Assembly: GCA_049322915.1 (NCBI GenBank) | Contig: JBMOPW010000020.1 | Location: 192,001-256,000 of the forward strand | Direction of reading: 5' to 3' | DNA from: Candidatus Zhuqueibacterota bacterium | GTDB lineage: Bacteria; Zhuqueibacterota; Zhuqueibacteria; Thermofontimicrobiales; Thermofontimicrobiaceae | DNA: 64,000 bases | Part shown: positions 36,577 to 46,386 of the stretch, in pieces | Numbering within the stretch: position 1 is the stretch's first letter | How the letters are laid out: each line of letters starts with the position of its first letter | Notes under the pieces: generated by a model | Seen by the model: the letters and a program-made list of their open reading frames with translations, nothing else | The model's database searches: none | What the model was told of the DNA's origin: nothing | Made by a program: the position numbers and the translations under genes

Positions 36577-37044
36577 ATGGCCAAAGAAATAGAACGCAAG
36601 TTCCTCGTGAACGGAGATGCCTGGCGCAAGCTGGCCCGTGGCATCCATTATCGGCAGGGCTATTTATCGACGGTGAAAGAACGGACGGTGCGCGTGCGTA
36701 CGGTCGACGCCAAAGGTTTTCTGACGATCAAAGGCATTACGGTCGGCGCGTCCCGGTCGGAGTTCGAGTACGAAATCCCGGTCGATGATGCCAATTTCAT
36801 GCTGGATCATCTCTGCGAGAAGCCGCTCATTGAGAAATATCGATACAAGATTCCATTTGAAGGACATGTATGGGAACTGGATGAGTTCGAAGGCGATAAC
36901 CAGGGGCTGATCGTGGCGGAGATCGAATTGAAACACGAGGACGAGATGTTCCAGCGACCGCAGTGGATCGGGCAGGAAGTGACCGGCGATCCGCGGTACT
37001 TCAATTCCAACCTGACGAAAAATCCATTCACCACCTGGCAATAG
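36577..37044 (+). CDS. CYTH domain protein (inorganic triphosphatase / TTM type)
   Basis: EIERKFLV, QGYL, RVR, LTIKG, EFEYEIP, IEKYRY, WELDEF, AEIEL, W.G.EVTGDPRYFNSNL. Confidence 0.95.
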   Translation: MAKEIERKFLVNGDAWRKLARGIHYRQGYLSTVKERTVRVRTVDAKGFLTIKGITVGASRSEFEYEIPVDDANFMLDHLCEKPLIEKYRYKIPFEGHVWELDEFEGDNQGLIVAEIELKHEDEMFQRPQWIGQEVTGDPRYFNSNLTKNPFTTWQ

Positions 37045-37056
37045 AGAGAAACCGCA

Positions 37057-38703
37057 ATGGCACAGAACGGGAATACACCGGAGAAAAATTTTACGAATAC
37101 GCCTGATGCATCCGGGATTGAACGCGACCCATTGGACATGAGCAACTACCATTTGAATTTGCTCCCCAAAAAGATCGTTTCGCCGCTGGAAAGCTTCCTG
37201 GCCAAAATCGGCGGGCCGCTCGCAATTCTGGTTTTCATCATTTTCAATTTTTTTATTGACTTCAAATTTCTGGACAATATCGATCCTGCCATTTTGAGCA
37301 AAGACGCCCGCGCTGTTTTCGACGCTGTTGGCGCGGACGCATTTCAGGCAAAAAACATCTCGATGCTGGCAGTGTTCGTTGCAGCGCTCATTTTGTGGGT
37401 GACTGAGGCCGTGCCCAATTATCTCACGTCGCTGATGCTGATCATCACTCTGGTGCTGACCGGCGTGCTCTCCGAAGTGGATGCATACCATCAGCTCGGG
37501 CATAAAATTATGTGGCTCAACATTCTGTCGTTCATCCTGGCCAGCATGCTGGTGAAGACCGGCGCTGCCAAGCGGTTTGCGCTCTGGTTCATCGTCCGGT
37601 TCGGGAAAAACGCATCGTCGATTTTTATCAGCTTCATCGCCATCAACCTGGTGTTGTCCGCGTTTATCTCCGCCACCACCGCTAAAGCCGCGATTCTGCT
37701 GCCAATTTTTATGGTGGTTGCCGCGATTTACGGCGCTCCCGGCGGAGCCAATAAGACGAACTTCGGGCGCAATATTGTCCTGCAGAATTTATTTCAGATC
37801 AACATCGGCGCCAGCGGATTTCTCACCGGATCGGGCGCGAATCTTTTGGCAGCGGCGCTCATCGGCGGCGCCCTTGGCGCTGAAATTTTTTATTCGGATT
37901 GGCTTATCATCGGCTTTCCGCTGGCCGTGGCGCTCATTCTCATCGGATGGGTGGTGGGCACGCGACTGATTTTCCCCCTGGCGGCAAGAGAACGAACGCC
38001 GCAAATCCAGGGTGGGATGGAGCGGCTTCGGAGCGAATTGAACCAACTTGGTCCCATTCGGACCGATGAAATAAAGTCCGTGTTGATCTTCATTGCCGTG
38101 CTGGCATTATGGGCGACCGACCGCTGGCATGGGCTGAGCGCTACAGCCGTTGCGTTCATGGGCGCTGTGATCGCGTTGATTCCCGGCATTGGGCCGGTGC
38201 GGTGGAACGATGTGGATATTCCCTGGCATCTGCTGCTTTTTTCGGCCGGCGCGTACACGCTGGGCGAGGGATTGCAGGTGACAGACCTGCCGGCGATCAT
38301 GGTTGATCGGCTTTTCATCAGCATGGGATTCAATGAAACCACGCCTTTCTGGGTTTTGTATCTCATCATCACCGGTTCCATGCTGTTCAGCGCGATCATT
38401 TTTCAATCCAAAACTATGCGCACGCTCATTTTTATCCCGATTGCCATTGGTGTGGCCAATCGATTCGGCTACCCGGTCATGAGCCTGGCCTTCCCGGCGG
38501 CGCTATTGATCGAGCACGTCTATGTGCTGCCGTTCAATAGCAAGCCGGCTGCGTTGCTGTATGTCACGGATCAGTATAGCTGGACTGATTCTTTCAAATT
38601 TGGATTTACGATGATGGTCATCGCCTGGATCATCAGCATCCTCATGGCGATGACGGTGTTTCGGTTCATGGGAATTACGCCTCATGGGCTGGGAATTTTT
38701 TGA
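37057..38703 (+). CDS. DASS/SLC13 family sodium-coupled anion symporter
   Basis: LWVTEAVP, FISATTAKAAILLP, TGSGAN, PWHLLLF; many TMs. Confidence 0.92.
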   Translation: MAQNGNTPEKNFTNTPDASGIERDPLDMSNYHLNLLPKKIVSPLESFLAKIGGPLAILVFIIFNFFIDFKFLDNIDPAILSKDARAVFDAVGADAFQAKNISMLAVFVAALILWVTEAVPNYLTSLMLIITLVLTGVLSEVDAYHQLGHKIMWLNILSFILASMLVKTGAAKRFALWFIVRFGKNASSIFISFIAINLVLSAFISATTAKAAILLPIFMVVAAIYGAPGGANKTNFGRNIVLQNLFQINIGASGFLTGSGANLLAAALIGGALGAEIFYSDWLIIGFPLAVALILIGWVVGTRLIFPLAARERTPQIQGGMERLRSELNQLGPIRTDEIKSVLIFIAVLALWATDRWHGLSATAVAFMGAVIALIPGIGPVRWNDVDIPWHLLLFSAGAYTLGEGLQVTDLPAIMVDRLFISMGFNETTPFWVLYLIITGSMLFSAIIFQSKTMRTLIFIPIAIGVANRFGYPVMSLAFPAALLIEHVYVLPFNSKPAALLYVTDQYSWTDSFKFGFTMMVIAWIISILMAMTVFRFMGITPHGLGIF

Positions 38704-38845
38704 CAGCAATGTTCATGGCCGTTGAAAAATGCTGACGCAGAAATCCTGTCCCGATTCGAAAGCGCGAGGCGTTTCGCTGTTGCGCTGACGTCCCTGAGTC
38801 GCTCACGCCTTCGCGGCTGGAAATCTGGGAGTCGTTTCAGATAAT

Positions 38846-39020
38846 GTAATTATTCAGGCATGTATTTTTGCCGCAAAGGCGCCAGGTCACGAAGCCCTGG
38901 CGTTAAAGTCAGGTAACAGAAATTCAATTTTATTTTTAAAACCAAATTCAGTTTTCAGAATTCATTTTTAAGATGTTTCTTTTTCTTTGTGCTTTTGAGA
39001 CTTGGTGGCTAAACAGTCAC
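38846..39020. mobile_element. MITE-like non-coding element, copy B (inverted relative to copy A; contains a nested REP-like palindrome at 38893-38926)
   Basis: Degenerate termini GTAATTATTCAGGCA / TGGCTAAACAGTCAC; both arms and most of the core are homologous to 19036-19227. Confidence 0.7.
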
Positions 39021-39085
39021 CAGATTTGAAAATGAAATAGTGGAATAACAAGAAGTTGGAATGAAAGTCATTGACGGTGAGGATG

Positions 39086-39730
39086 ATGTCTATTTTATTC
39101 AAATCAACAAAACAGTTAGTGATGCAGATTGATGAGTTTTTGGATGCCATTTCCCAGGGTAGTCTGCTGTTTAAATTGGGAGTGAAAAATTATCTGGAAA
39201 AAGATAATCCAAATTTCAATGAGCATCTCAAATCGATCGATTCCCTTGAAGGCAAAGCCGACGAATTGCGCCGTAATATTGAAAATCAACTCTACACTCA
39301 GACGCTCATCCCGGAGCACCGCGGCGATGTGTTGGGGCTGCTGGAGAGCACGGATAATGTGATCAACCAGATGAAAGCGACGCTGTTCCAGTTCGATATT
39401 GAAACGCCGGAAATTCCGGAATCATTGAATAAGCATTTCATCGACCTGACCGAGATGTCCGTGAACTCCACCGAGGTGTTGGTGAAGGCTATTCGCGCAT
39501 TTTTCAAGGATGTGAATTCGGTGAAAGATCATCTTCACAAAGTCTACTTTTTCGAAAAAGAAGCGGATCGAATTGGGGATGATCTCAAGCGCCATGCGTT
39601 CAAACTGAATATCGAGTTGAGCCAGAAATTTCATCTCCGGTACTTTGCGCTGCATATTCAGCAAGTGTCGGACAATGCCGAAGCGGTCGCTGACCGGCTG
39701 GACATCTGCACCATAAAGAGAACGATGTGA
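39086..39730 (+). CDS. DUF47 / PhoU-like phosphate transport regulator
   Basis: LEGKADELRR...LIPEHRGD...D and EKEADR...D.AE..AD duplicated motifs; immediately upstream of PiT. Confidence 0.92.
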   Translation: MSILFKSTKQLVMQIDEFLDAISQGSLLFKLGVKNYLEKDNPNFNEHLKSIDSLEGKADELRRNIENQLYTQTLIPEHRGDVLGLLESTDNVINQMKATLFQFDIETPEIPESLNKHFIDLTEMSVNSTEVLVKAIRAFFKDVNSVKDHLHKVYFFEKEADRIGDDLKRHAFKLNIELSQKFHLRYFALHIQQVSDNAEAVADRLDICTIKRTM

Positions 39731-39731
39731 C

Positions 39732-41222
39732 ATGGTATCGGCATTTTTAATAAGCGGACTGTTTCTCGGCTGGTCGTTGGGTGCGAATGATGCGGGCAAT
39801 GTCTTCGGCACGGCTGTGGCGACAAAAATGCTGCGCTTTAAAACTGCCGCCGCGATTTGCAGTGTGTTCGTCATTCTGGGCGCTGCATTCAGCGGGGCCG
39901 GCGCCTCGCACACGCTGGAGCGATTGGGATCTGTGAACGCCATTGCCGGCTCCTTCATTGTGGCGCTGGCCGCTGCCATCACGACGTTTTTCATGACGCG
40001 CATCAAAATACCGGTCTCCTCGAGCCAGGGAATTGTCGGAGCGATTATTGGCTGGAATTTCTTTGCCGGCTATTTGACGGACTTTCGCTCTTTAACGACA
40101 ATCATCCTGACCTGGATTCTCTGTCCGGCGCTTTCTGCGGCGTTCGCCATCGTGCTCTTTTTGATCATGAAGGCCTGGCTCAGCCGATTGAAAATCCACA
40201 TGCTGCAAATGGATATGCTGACCCGAGTCGGCCTGATCATTGTCGGCGCGTTTGGTTCGTACACACTGGGAGCGAACAATATTGCCAATGTCATGGGCGT
40301 CTTCGTGCCGGTGGCCGATTTCCCGACCATTCACATTGCCGGTTTTTTGAACTTCACCGGCACCCAGTTGTTGTTCGCGCTGGGCGGTTTCGCCATTGCC
40401 GCCGGCGTGTTCACCTATTCCCATAAAGTGATGGATACCGTGGGCAAGAGCCTGTTCAAGCTATCACCCATTGCGGCGTTGATCGTGGTGCTGGCCCATT
40501 CAATCGTCCTGTTCCTTTTTTCATCGGAAGGATTGGGGCAATTTCTCGCCTCTATCGGATTGCCATCCATTCCGCTCGTGCCTGTCTCCAGCACTCAGGC
40601 GATTGTTGGCGCTGTCATCGGGATTGGCATTTTAAAAGGCGGACGGCAGATCAAATTCAAAATTTTAGGCGGAATAGCCCTGGGCTGGGTGACGACTCCC
40701 ATCATGGCCGGCCTGGTGGCATTTCTCTCGCTGTTCATTTTTCAAAATGTCTTTGACCAGCAGGTGTACCGGAAAGTCTCTTTCGATATGAATGAGCAGG
40801 TCATTCGCCAACTCAATGCAGAGGGCATTGTCGATACAAGCCTTGTTAGTTTGCAGAAAACCGAGTTTAAAAATCCCGCCCGGTTCGAATCGGTGCTCCG
40901 CGACCAAACGACGCTGAACCATGACCAGCGGAAAAAGGTAATCGAATATTCATTCGTGGAATCATACAGAGTCAATCCTCGGCTCATTGATAGTAAAATC
41001 GATAGTCTGTGGTTCACGCCGGACCAGATGGCAGCGTTGAGATCCCTTGCCGGAAAAACCTATTCGTATCGCTGGCAGTTTGTGAACGATTTACAGCGAT
41101 GGGGTGAGGCGTGGCGGTTTCGCGATGAAACAAAATTTACCCGGAATTACAATAAAGACCTGCAATCGAAATTCGAATTTCTATTCGAGATGTTTCGGGT
41201 CGATGACGAGGCAATGAATTAG
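39732..41222 (+). CDS. Inorganic phosphate transporter, PiT family, with soluble C-terminal extension
   Basis: GANDAGN, PVSSSQ, GANNIAN, PVSSTQ signatures. Confidence 0.93.
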   Translation: MVSAFLISGLFLGWSLGANDAGNVFGTAVATKMLRFKTAAAICSVFVILGAAFSGAGASHTLERLGSVNAIAGSFIVALAAAITTFFMTRIKIPVSSSQGIVGAIIGWNFFAGYLTDFRSLTTIILTWILCPALSAAFAIVLFLIMKAWLSRLKIHMLQMDMLTRVGLIIVGAFGSYTLGANNIANVMGVFVPVADFPTIHIAGFLNFTGTQLLFALGGFAIAAGVFTYSHKVMDTVGKSLFKLSPIAALIVVLAHSIVLFLFSSEGLGQFLASIGLPSIPLVPVSSTQAIVGAVIGIGILKGGRQIKFKILGGIALGWVTTPIMAGLVAFLSLFIFQNVFDQQVYRKVSFDMNEQVIRQLNAEGIVDTSLVSLQKTEFKNPARFESVLRDQTTLNHDQRKKVIEYSFVESYRVNPRLIDSKIDSLWFTPDQMAALRSLAGKTYSYRWQFVNDLQRWGEAWRFRDETKFTRNYNKDLQSKFEFLFEMFRVDDEAMN

Positions 41223-41296
41223 TCAGCAATAATGGGGCGGCCGGGCAATTACGTTTTTAAATCACTCATTCAAAATATTTCTTCACAGGAGATGGC

Positions 41297-42517
41297 ATGA
41301 AAATTTTTACTCCCGTAGTCGTACTTTCTTTACTCTTACTTTTCAGTATTTCTTTCGCGCAGACAGAGGCTCAAATCGCGCCGGGTCGAACGGAGTGGGA
41401 TCATGGAATCCTCATGTTCAAGTCGGATGACGGCGCGTTTCAGACCCGCTTTGATATGCGCGCTTATCTCAATGGCGGCTATTTCTTCGAGGACGAAGAT
41501 AGGCTCAGCAGCGGCACGCACGTGCGAAAAGCGCGATTCACCTTGAAGACATTGCTATATAACACCTGGCGGGCGGAATGGGATATTGATGTGGCTGAAG
41601 GCGTTGTGGAAATAAAAGATATGTTCCTGTCATTCGTGGGATTCGATAACTCCCACATCAAGTTTGGCCATTTCAAAATGCCGTTGGGACTGGAAGAATT
41701 GATGACGTCGCGGTACCAGACATTTGTGGAGCGAGCCTATCCCATGATGGCGTTTGAAACCGACCGCCATTTGGGCCTGCAATATTCGCGGTGGGGAACG
41801 AATTGGAATCTCAGGTCAGCAGTTTTCGGCCAGACGATGGATGCCGTTAAAAATAAGTCAATGGACGAAACCGGGAATGGCGCCGCGGCGCGCCTGGTGT
41901 ACACGCCTATCCAGAATTCGAAAGCCATCATTCACACCGGTCTGGCGCTCGCCTATCAGAAACCGGATGATGAAAGCAACGCCATGGAATTTCAGAGCGA
42001 AGCTGAGACGAAGCTGGGTGACGCCGAAATCCTTTCCACAGGGACGGTGTTCGATGTGAGCTATGCGTTCAAAACCGGACTGGAAGGAGTTATGGTTTAC
42101 AAAAATCTCTCGCTACAGGGAGAATATATTCAGACGAATTTACAGCGAATGAACGGCGCCGAGAATGCTACGTTGAGCGGCGGCTATGCGTTCATCAGTT
42201 GGATACTCACCGGCGAGATGCGTCCCTGGGTGAAAGAAGAAGGGGAGTTCGGTCAGATCATTCCCAAGAGCAACACCGTTGGCGCCTGGGAAATTGCGGC
42301 CCGCTACAGTCATCTCAATTTGAGCGATGACAAGGCCGGCATCACCGGCGGCAAGGCCAATAATTATACACTGGGATTGAACTGGTACGCCAATCCCAAC
42401 ATTCGGTTTATATTAAATTACACCTACGTGGATAATTCCATTTTCGCCACCAACGATGGATTCCCCGGTAATTACGATTTCAGCGTGCTCCATTTTTTGG
42501 CGATGGTTTTCTTTTAA
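41297..42517 (+). CDS. OprO/OprP phosphate/polyphosphate-selective porin
   Basis: RKARF, GHFKMPLGLEELMTSRYQTFVER, GAWEIAARYS, TLGLNWYAN, terminal F. Confidence 0.92.
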   Translation: MKIFTPVVVLSLLLLFSISFAQTEAQIAPGRTEWDHGILMFKSDDGAFQTRFDMRAYLNGGYFFEDEDRLSSGTHVRKARFTLKTLLYNTWRAEWDIDVAEGVVEIKDMFLSFVGFDNSHIKFGHFKMPLGLEELMTSRYQTFVERAYPMMAFETDRHLGLQYSRWGTNWNLRSAVFGQTMDAVKNKSMDETGNGAAARLVYTPIQNSKAIIHTGLALAYQKPDDESNAMEFQSEAETKLGDAEILSTGTVFDVSYAFKTGLEGVMVYKNLSLQGEYIQTNLQRMNGAENATLSGGYAFISWILTGEMRPWVKEEGEFGQIIPKSNTVGAWEIAARYSHLNLSDDKAGITGGKANNYTLGLNWYANPNIRFILNYTYVDNSIFATNDGFPGNYDFSVLHFLAMVFF

Positions 42518-42771
42518 TCTGACTGGCATTTTAAAAAAGTGCCGAAGTAGTGGAAATCTTGCTGTGACCAATTTAGCACAGAGGTGAGAGTCGCGCGCCG
42601 GGACTTATTTAAAAAAAATGATAGTGAAACGAAATCATTCTAATCAGCAATGAGATGATGCAGTGACCATAGCTATTGTGCACCTAAATTCTGATTCCGG
42701 AGTCTAATAATTTGAAGCTTTTTTATATTGCGTTGAATCGATTGAGTAGAACACAATCTGGAGGGAAAATC

Positions 42772-44106
42772 ATGAAATTATGGCCTGTTCTATTGTTGTT
42801 AAGTTTTTCCATTTTGCTGACGTCATGCAGCACGGATGAATCGACTGGTCTGGATGACAAAAATGAAAAAAGTGAATTCAAGCTCCTCATCAATGAATTT
42901 ATGGCCAGCAACGACGCGGCCAGCGCTGACGCGGATGACAACGGCAGCGGCGATAACAGCCCCTATGACGACTGGTTTGAAATCTATAATGCCGACAGCG
43001 TCGCAGTGAATGTCGCTGGAATGTACGTGACCGACAATCTGGAAAATTTGAACCAGTACCAGATTCCCGGTGCCGATCCGGCAAAGACGACCATTCCTCC
43101 CGGCGGATTCATTGTCATCTGGGCCGATAATGAACCGGATCAGGGTCCCCTGCACGCGAACTTCGCCCTGTCCGGCAGCGGCGAATCCATCGCCATCGTC
43201 GAGTCAGATGGCCGGCTCATCATCAATTCTCTGACGTACGAGGCGCAGCAGACCGACTTCTCTTACGGCCGCAATCCGGATGGCAGCGATACGTGGCAGG
43301 TCTTTGCCCAGGCAACGCCGGCCGCATCGAACACCGGCGCATCATCCAATTTGCCGCCGACGATCAGCGAGATTTCTGTCACCCCGGCGACAATCCAGGC
43401 CGGGGAGTTGGTCACCGTGTCGGCCAAAGTTACGGACACAAATTTGAGCGGCGTTTCGCTCAGTTACGGGGAGGCCGGAAATATTTCAGCCTCAGCGACG
43501 ATGGCGCTGGCCAATGCCGTGTATCAGGCGCAGATTGGCCCCTTCGATGACGGAAAAGTGATCTATTATTTTATCACGGCGACCGATGAAGAAGCAGCCC
43601 GGACGCAGAGCGACACGCTGCATTTTGAAGTCGGCTATGTCCCGCCGGTGCTTTTTATCAATGAATTTTTAGCCAGCAATGATTCCTCGTTCAAAGATCC
43701 GGACGAGGACGATCTCGACGGCGACCCCCAGGACGACTGGATCGAAATTTACAATCCCGGCCCGAATCCGGTGAACATCGCCGGCATGTATATCACGGAT
43801 AAATTGTCAAATCTCACGGCCTGGCAAATCCCTGAAACAGACTCTGCAAAAACGACAATCGATGCCGGTGGGTTTGTCATCATTTGGGCGGACAAAGAGA
43901 TGCAACAGGGACCGCTGCATGTCGACATCAAATTATCCGGGGATGGTGAGCAAATCGGGCTCATTGCGCCGAACGGCACGACTGTAATCGATTCTCTGAC
44001 TTACGGCGCGCAGACCGAAGACATCTCCTTTGGACGGTCTCCGGATGGCAGTCCCAACTGGATTCTTTTCAATACGCCATCGCCGGGCGCTTTGAACGGG
44101 AAATAA
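42772..44106 (+). CDS. Lipoprotein with two lamin-tail domains and a central Ig-like domain
   Basis: LLTSC lipobox; two INEF(M/L)ASN...DDW.EIYN...D.S.GR.PDG...W...TP/SP repeats; GGAGG RBS. Confidence 0.88.
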   Translation: MKLWPVLLLLSFSILLTSCSTDESTGLDDKNEKSEFKLLINEFMASNDAASADADDNGSGDNSPYDDWFEIYNADSVAVNVAGMYVTDNLENLNQYQIPGADPAKTTIPPGGFIVIWADNEPDQGPLHANFALSGSGESIAIVESDGRLIINSLTYEAQQTDFSYGRNPDGSDTWQVFAQATPAASNTGASSNLPPTISEISVTPATIQAGELVTVSAKVTDTNLSGVSLSYGEAGNISASATMALANAVYQAQIGPFDDGKVIYYFITATDEEAARTQSDTLHFEVGYVPPVLFINEFLASNDSSFKDPDEDDLDGDPQDDWIEIYNPGPNPVNIAGMYITDKLSNLTAWQIPETDSAKTTIDAGGFVIIWADKEMQQGPLHVDIKLSGDGEQIGLIAPNGTTVIDSLTYGAQTEDISFGRSPDGSPNWILFNTPSPGALNGK

Positions 44107-44232
44107 TCCGGGAGTAAAGTCTGCATGCTGCCGGCGTTATGCTGCTGGGCGCGCTGATGCAGACGTCTTGCATGCATTGGCAGCGTGGACTGTGACTGAA
44201 TTGCAATTACCATAAAACTGATTTGAAGCGAT

Positions 44233-44970
44233 ATGAAATTGCTTAACTACTGGATAAGCCTGGCGATCATCTCCGGCTGCAGTGTCAGCGAAAACGCTGT
44301 GCAGCCGGAGCATACCGGGCCATCATTGAAAATCATCTCACAATTTCTACTGGATGTGCCTGAACCTTCGGGACTGGCATTCGACCGATCCCGGAGCGCA
44401 ATGTGGACTGTCAGCGATCAGAATGGCTGCCTGTATAAACTGGACCTGACTGGCAACATTATTCAGACGATGACCTTGGAAGCGACCGATCTCGAAGGCG
44501 TCAGTTTCAATTGGCATACCGGTGAATTGTTAGTCGTGGAAGAAAACGCCGGCGATGTGGTGCAGTTGGATTCGCTGGGAGCTATTTTGGGAAAGCATCA
44601 GATTCTGCAGACCCACGATAATTCCGGTTTGGAAGGTGTCTGCGCAGACGATAAAGGCAGGATTTTTGTCATCAAAGAGAAAGCGCCGGGAAAGTGGATT
44701 GCACTGAATCCCGATTTCTCAATTGCAGAGACGAAGGAATTGACCTTTGCGCCTGATTACTCGGATATTGCCTGCGATACCAGTGACAATAGATTCTGGA
44801 TTCTCAGCGATCAGGGTCAGCAATTGTTCCTCTGGGATACCAATGAAGGAGTATTGGAAAGCTATCACGTGGCAATAGAAAATCCCGAAGGAATTGTCAT
44901 TGATTTTGTCAATCAGATATTTTATATTGTGAGCGATTCTCAGCAGCGACTATTCCTTTTAACTCAATGA
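44233..44970 (+). CDS. SdiA-regulated/YjiK-like beta-propeller lipoprotein
   Basis: ISGC lipobox; EPSGL, DLEGV, GLEGV, DYSDI, NPEGI blade motifs. Confidence 0.8.
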   Translation: MKLLNYWISLAIISGCSVSENAVQPEHTGPSLKIISQFLLDVPEPSGLAFDRSRSAMWTVSDQNGCLYKLDLTGNIIQTMTLEATDLEGVSFNWHTGELLVVEENAGDVVQLDSLGAILGKHQILQTHDNSGLEGVCADDKGRIFVIKEKAPGKWIALNPDFSIAETKELTFAPDYSDIACDTSDNRFWILSDQGQQLFLWDTNEGVLESYHVAIENPEGIVIDFVNQIFYIVSDSQQRLFLLTQ

Positions 44971-45043
44971 TATAAACAACAGTTGAGCAGCGATTCTGCT
45001 TATAAATAATTCATTAGAAAATTTACAAACGTGGAGGTTTAAC

Positions 45044-46309
45044 ATGAAAAGAGGGGTTACTATTTTATTAGTACTTTTTTCCTTGCTGGTTGTGTCAATT
45101 TCATTCGGACAGGCCCCGGCATTGAAAATCAATGAGTTCCTGGCCAGTAACGACACGGCCAATACCGATCCTTTTGGCGGTCATGATGACTGGATTGAAA
45201 TTTACAATGCAGGAACAGAGCCAGTCGACATAGGCGGCATGTTCATCACCGACGATCTGACCGAGCCCAACAAGGTACAAATACCGGCGACGCGACCGGA
45301 TTCAACGACGATTCAGCCGGGCGGCTTTCTCATCATCTGGGCTGACGATGAACCGGAGCAAGGTGTTTTGCATGTAGAAATTAAATTAGGCGCCGGCGGC
45401 GAGCAAATTGGGCTGTATGCCAGCGACGCTGCTACAGTCATCGACACGCTCACCTTCGGAGACCAGACCACTGATCAGTCCGCCGGGCGTCTCGCTGACG
45501 GCGAAAACAACTGGGTATTTTTCTCGAATCCGACTCCGGGTTATACCAACCGCATGATTCCCATAATCGTGAATGAATTCCTGGCCAGCAATGATTTTAT
45601 TACAACGGATCCTTACGGCGAAAATGATGACTGCATCGAAATTATGAACGTGGGAATTTTCCCGGTGAACATTGGTGGCATGTACGTGACTGACAAACTG
45701 TCGTCTCCCACGGAATGGCAAATCCCGACCGATATGCCGGATTCCACGACACTTCAGCCTGGCCAGATTCTTGTGCTCTGGGCGGATAAACAGACGTCCC
45801 AGGGAGTTTTCCATGTCGATATTAAACTAAGCGGCGACGGCGAGCAGATTGGAATTTTCGCTTCCGATGGCATCACAGTCATCGATTCTCTTTCCTTTGG
45901 ACCGCAACTTCCGGATACCTCGTATGGGCGAATTAGCGATGGCATGAACTCATGGACCCATTTTTCAACCCCAAGCCTGGGAGCCTCCAATTCAACGGGC
46001 GTCATCTCGGCAGTATTCGATACTGACGTCACTGCGAACACAATTGGTTCCTTTGAATTATATCAGAACTACCCCAATCCGTTCAACTCGGTCACCACAA
46101 TCCGATTCAATCTGCCACAAGCGCAGAAAATAAATATTTCAGTGTTCAACGTGATTGGCCAAAAAATTGCAACTCTCATTGATGGATTTCTTAAAGCAGG
46201 CCGTGGAGAGGTGCATTGGGATGCTGCGAACCAGGTGAGCGGAGTCTATTTCTATCAGATTAAATCCGATAACTATACCATGACCCGACGAATGGTTCTA
46301 TTGAAGTAG
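45044..46309 (+). CDS. Secreted protein with two lamin-tail domains and a C-terminal T9SS-A-like sorting domain
   Basis: Signal peptide, two LTD repeats, LYQNYPNPFNSVTTIRF...SGVYFY...RRMVLLK. Confidence 0.9.
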   Translation: MKRGVTILLVLFSLLVVSISFGQAPALKINEFLASNDTANTDPFGGHDDWIEIYNAGTEPVDIGGMFITDDLTEPNKVQIPATRPDSTTIQPGGFLIIWADDEPEQGVLHVEIKLGAGGEQIGLYASDAATVIDTLTFGDQTTDQSAGRLADGENNWVFFSNPTPGYTNRMIPIIVNEFLASNDFITTDPYGENDDCIEIMNVGIFPVNIGGMYVTDKLSSPTEWQIPTDMPDSTTLQPGQILVLWADKQTSQGVFHVDIKLSGDGEQIGIFASDGITVIDSLSFGPQLPDTSYGRISDGMNSWTHFSTPSLGASNSTGVISAVFDTDVTANTIGSFELYQNYPNPFNSVTTIRFNLPQAQKINISVFNVIGQKIATLIDGFLKAGRGEVHWDAANQVSGVYFYQIKSDNYTMTRRMVLLK

Positions 46310-46344
46310 CCATATTTCATCTCATGAAATAAGCGAAATTACCT

Positions 46345-46386
46345 GCATGGCAGAAGGGACAACTCTTCTGCTGTGCTCATTTTTTG
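46345..46386 (+). terminator. Intrinsic terminator ending the phosphate locus
   Basis: GCATGGCAGAAG-loop-CTTCTGCTGTGC followed by a T-tract. Confidence 0.7.

Noticed and set aside
36362..36592. 76-aa ORF between the two CYTH genes
   Set aside because: GTG start without a clear RBS and unprotein-like composition; the region is better explained as a structured spacer.
36577..37044. Class IV adenylate cyclase or cyclic-nucleotide defence system
   Set aside because: Sequence and phosphate-transport context fit TTM-type triphosphatases; no effector gene is adjacent.
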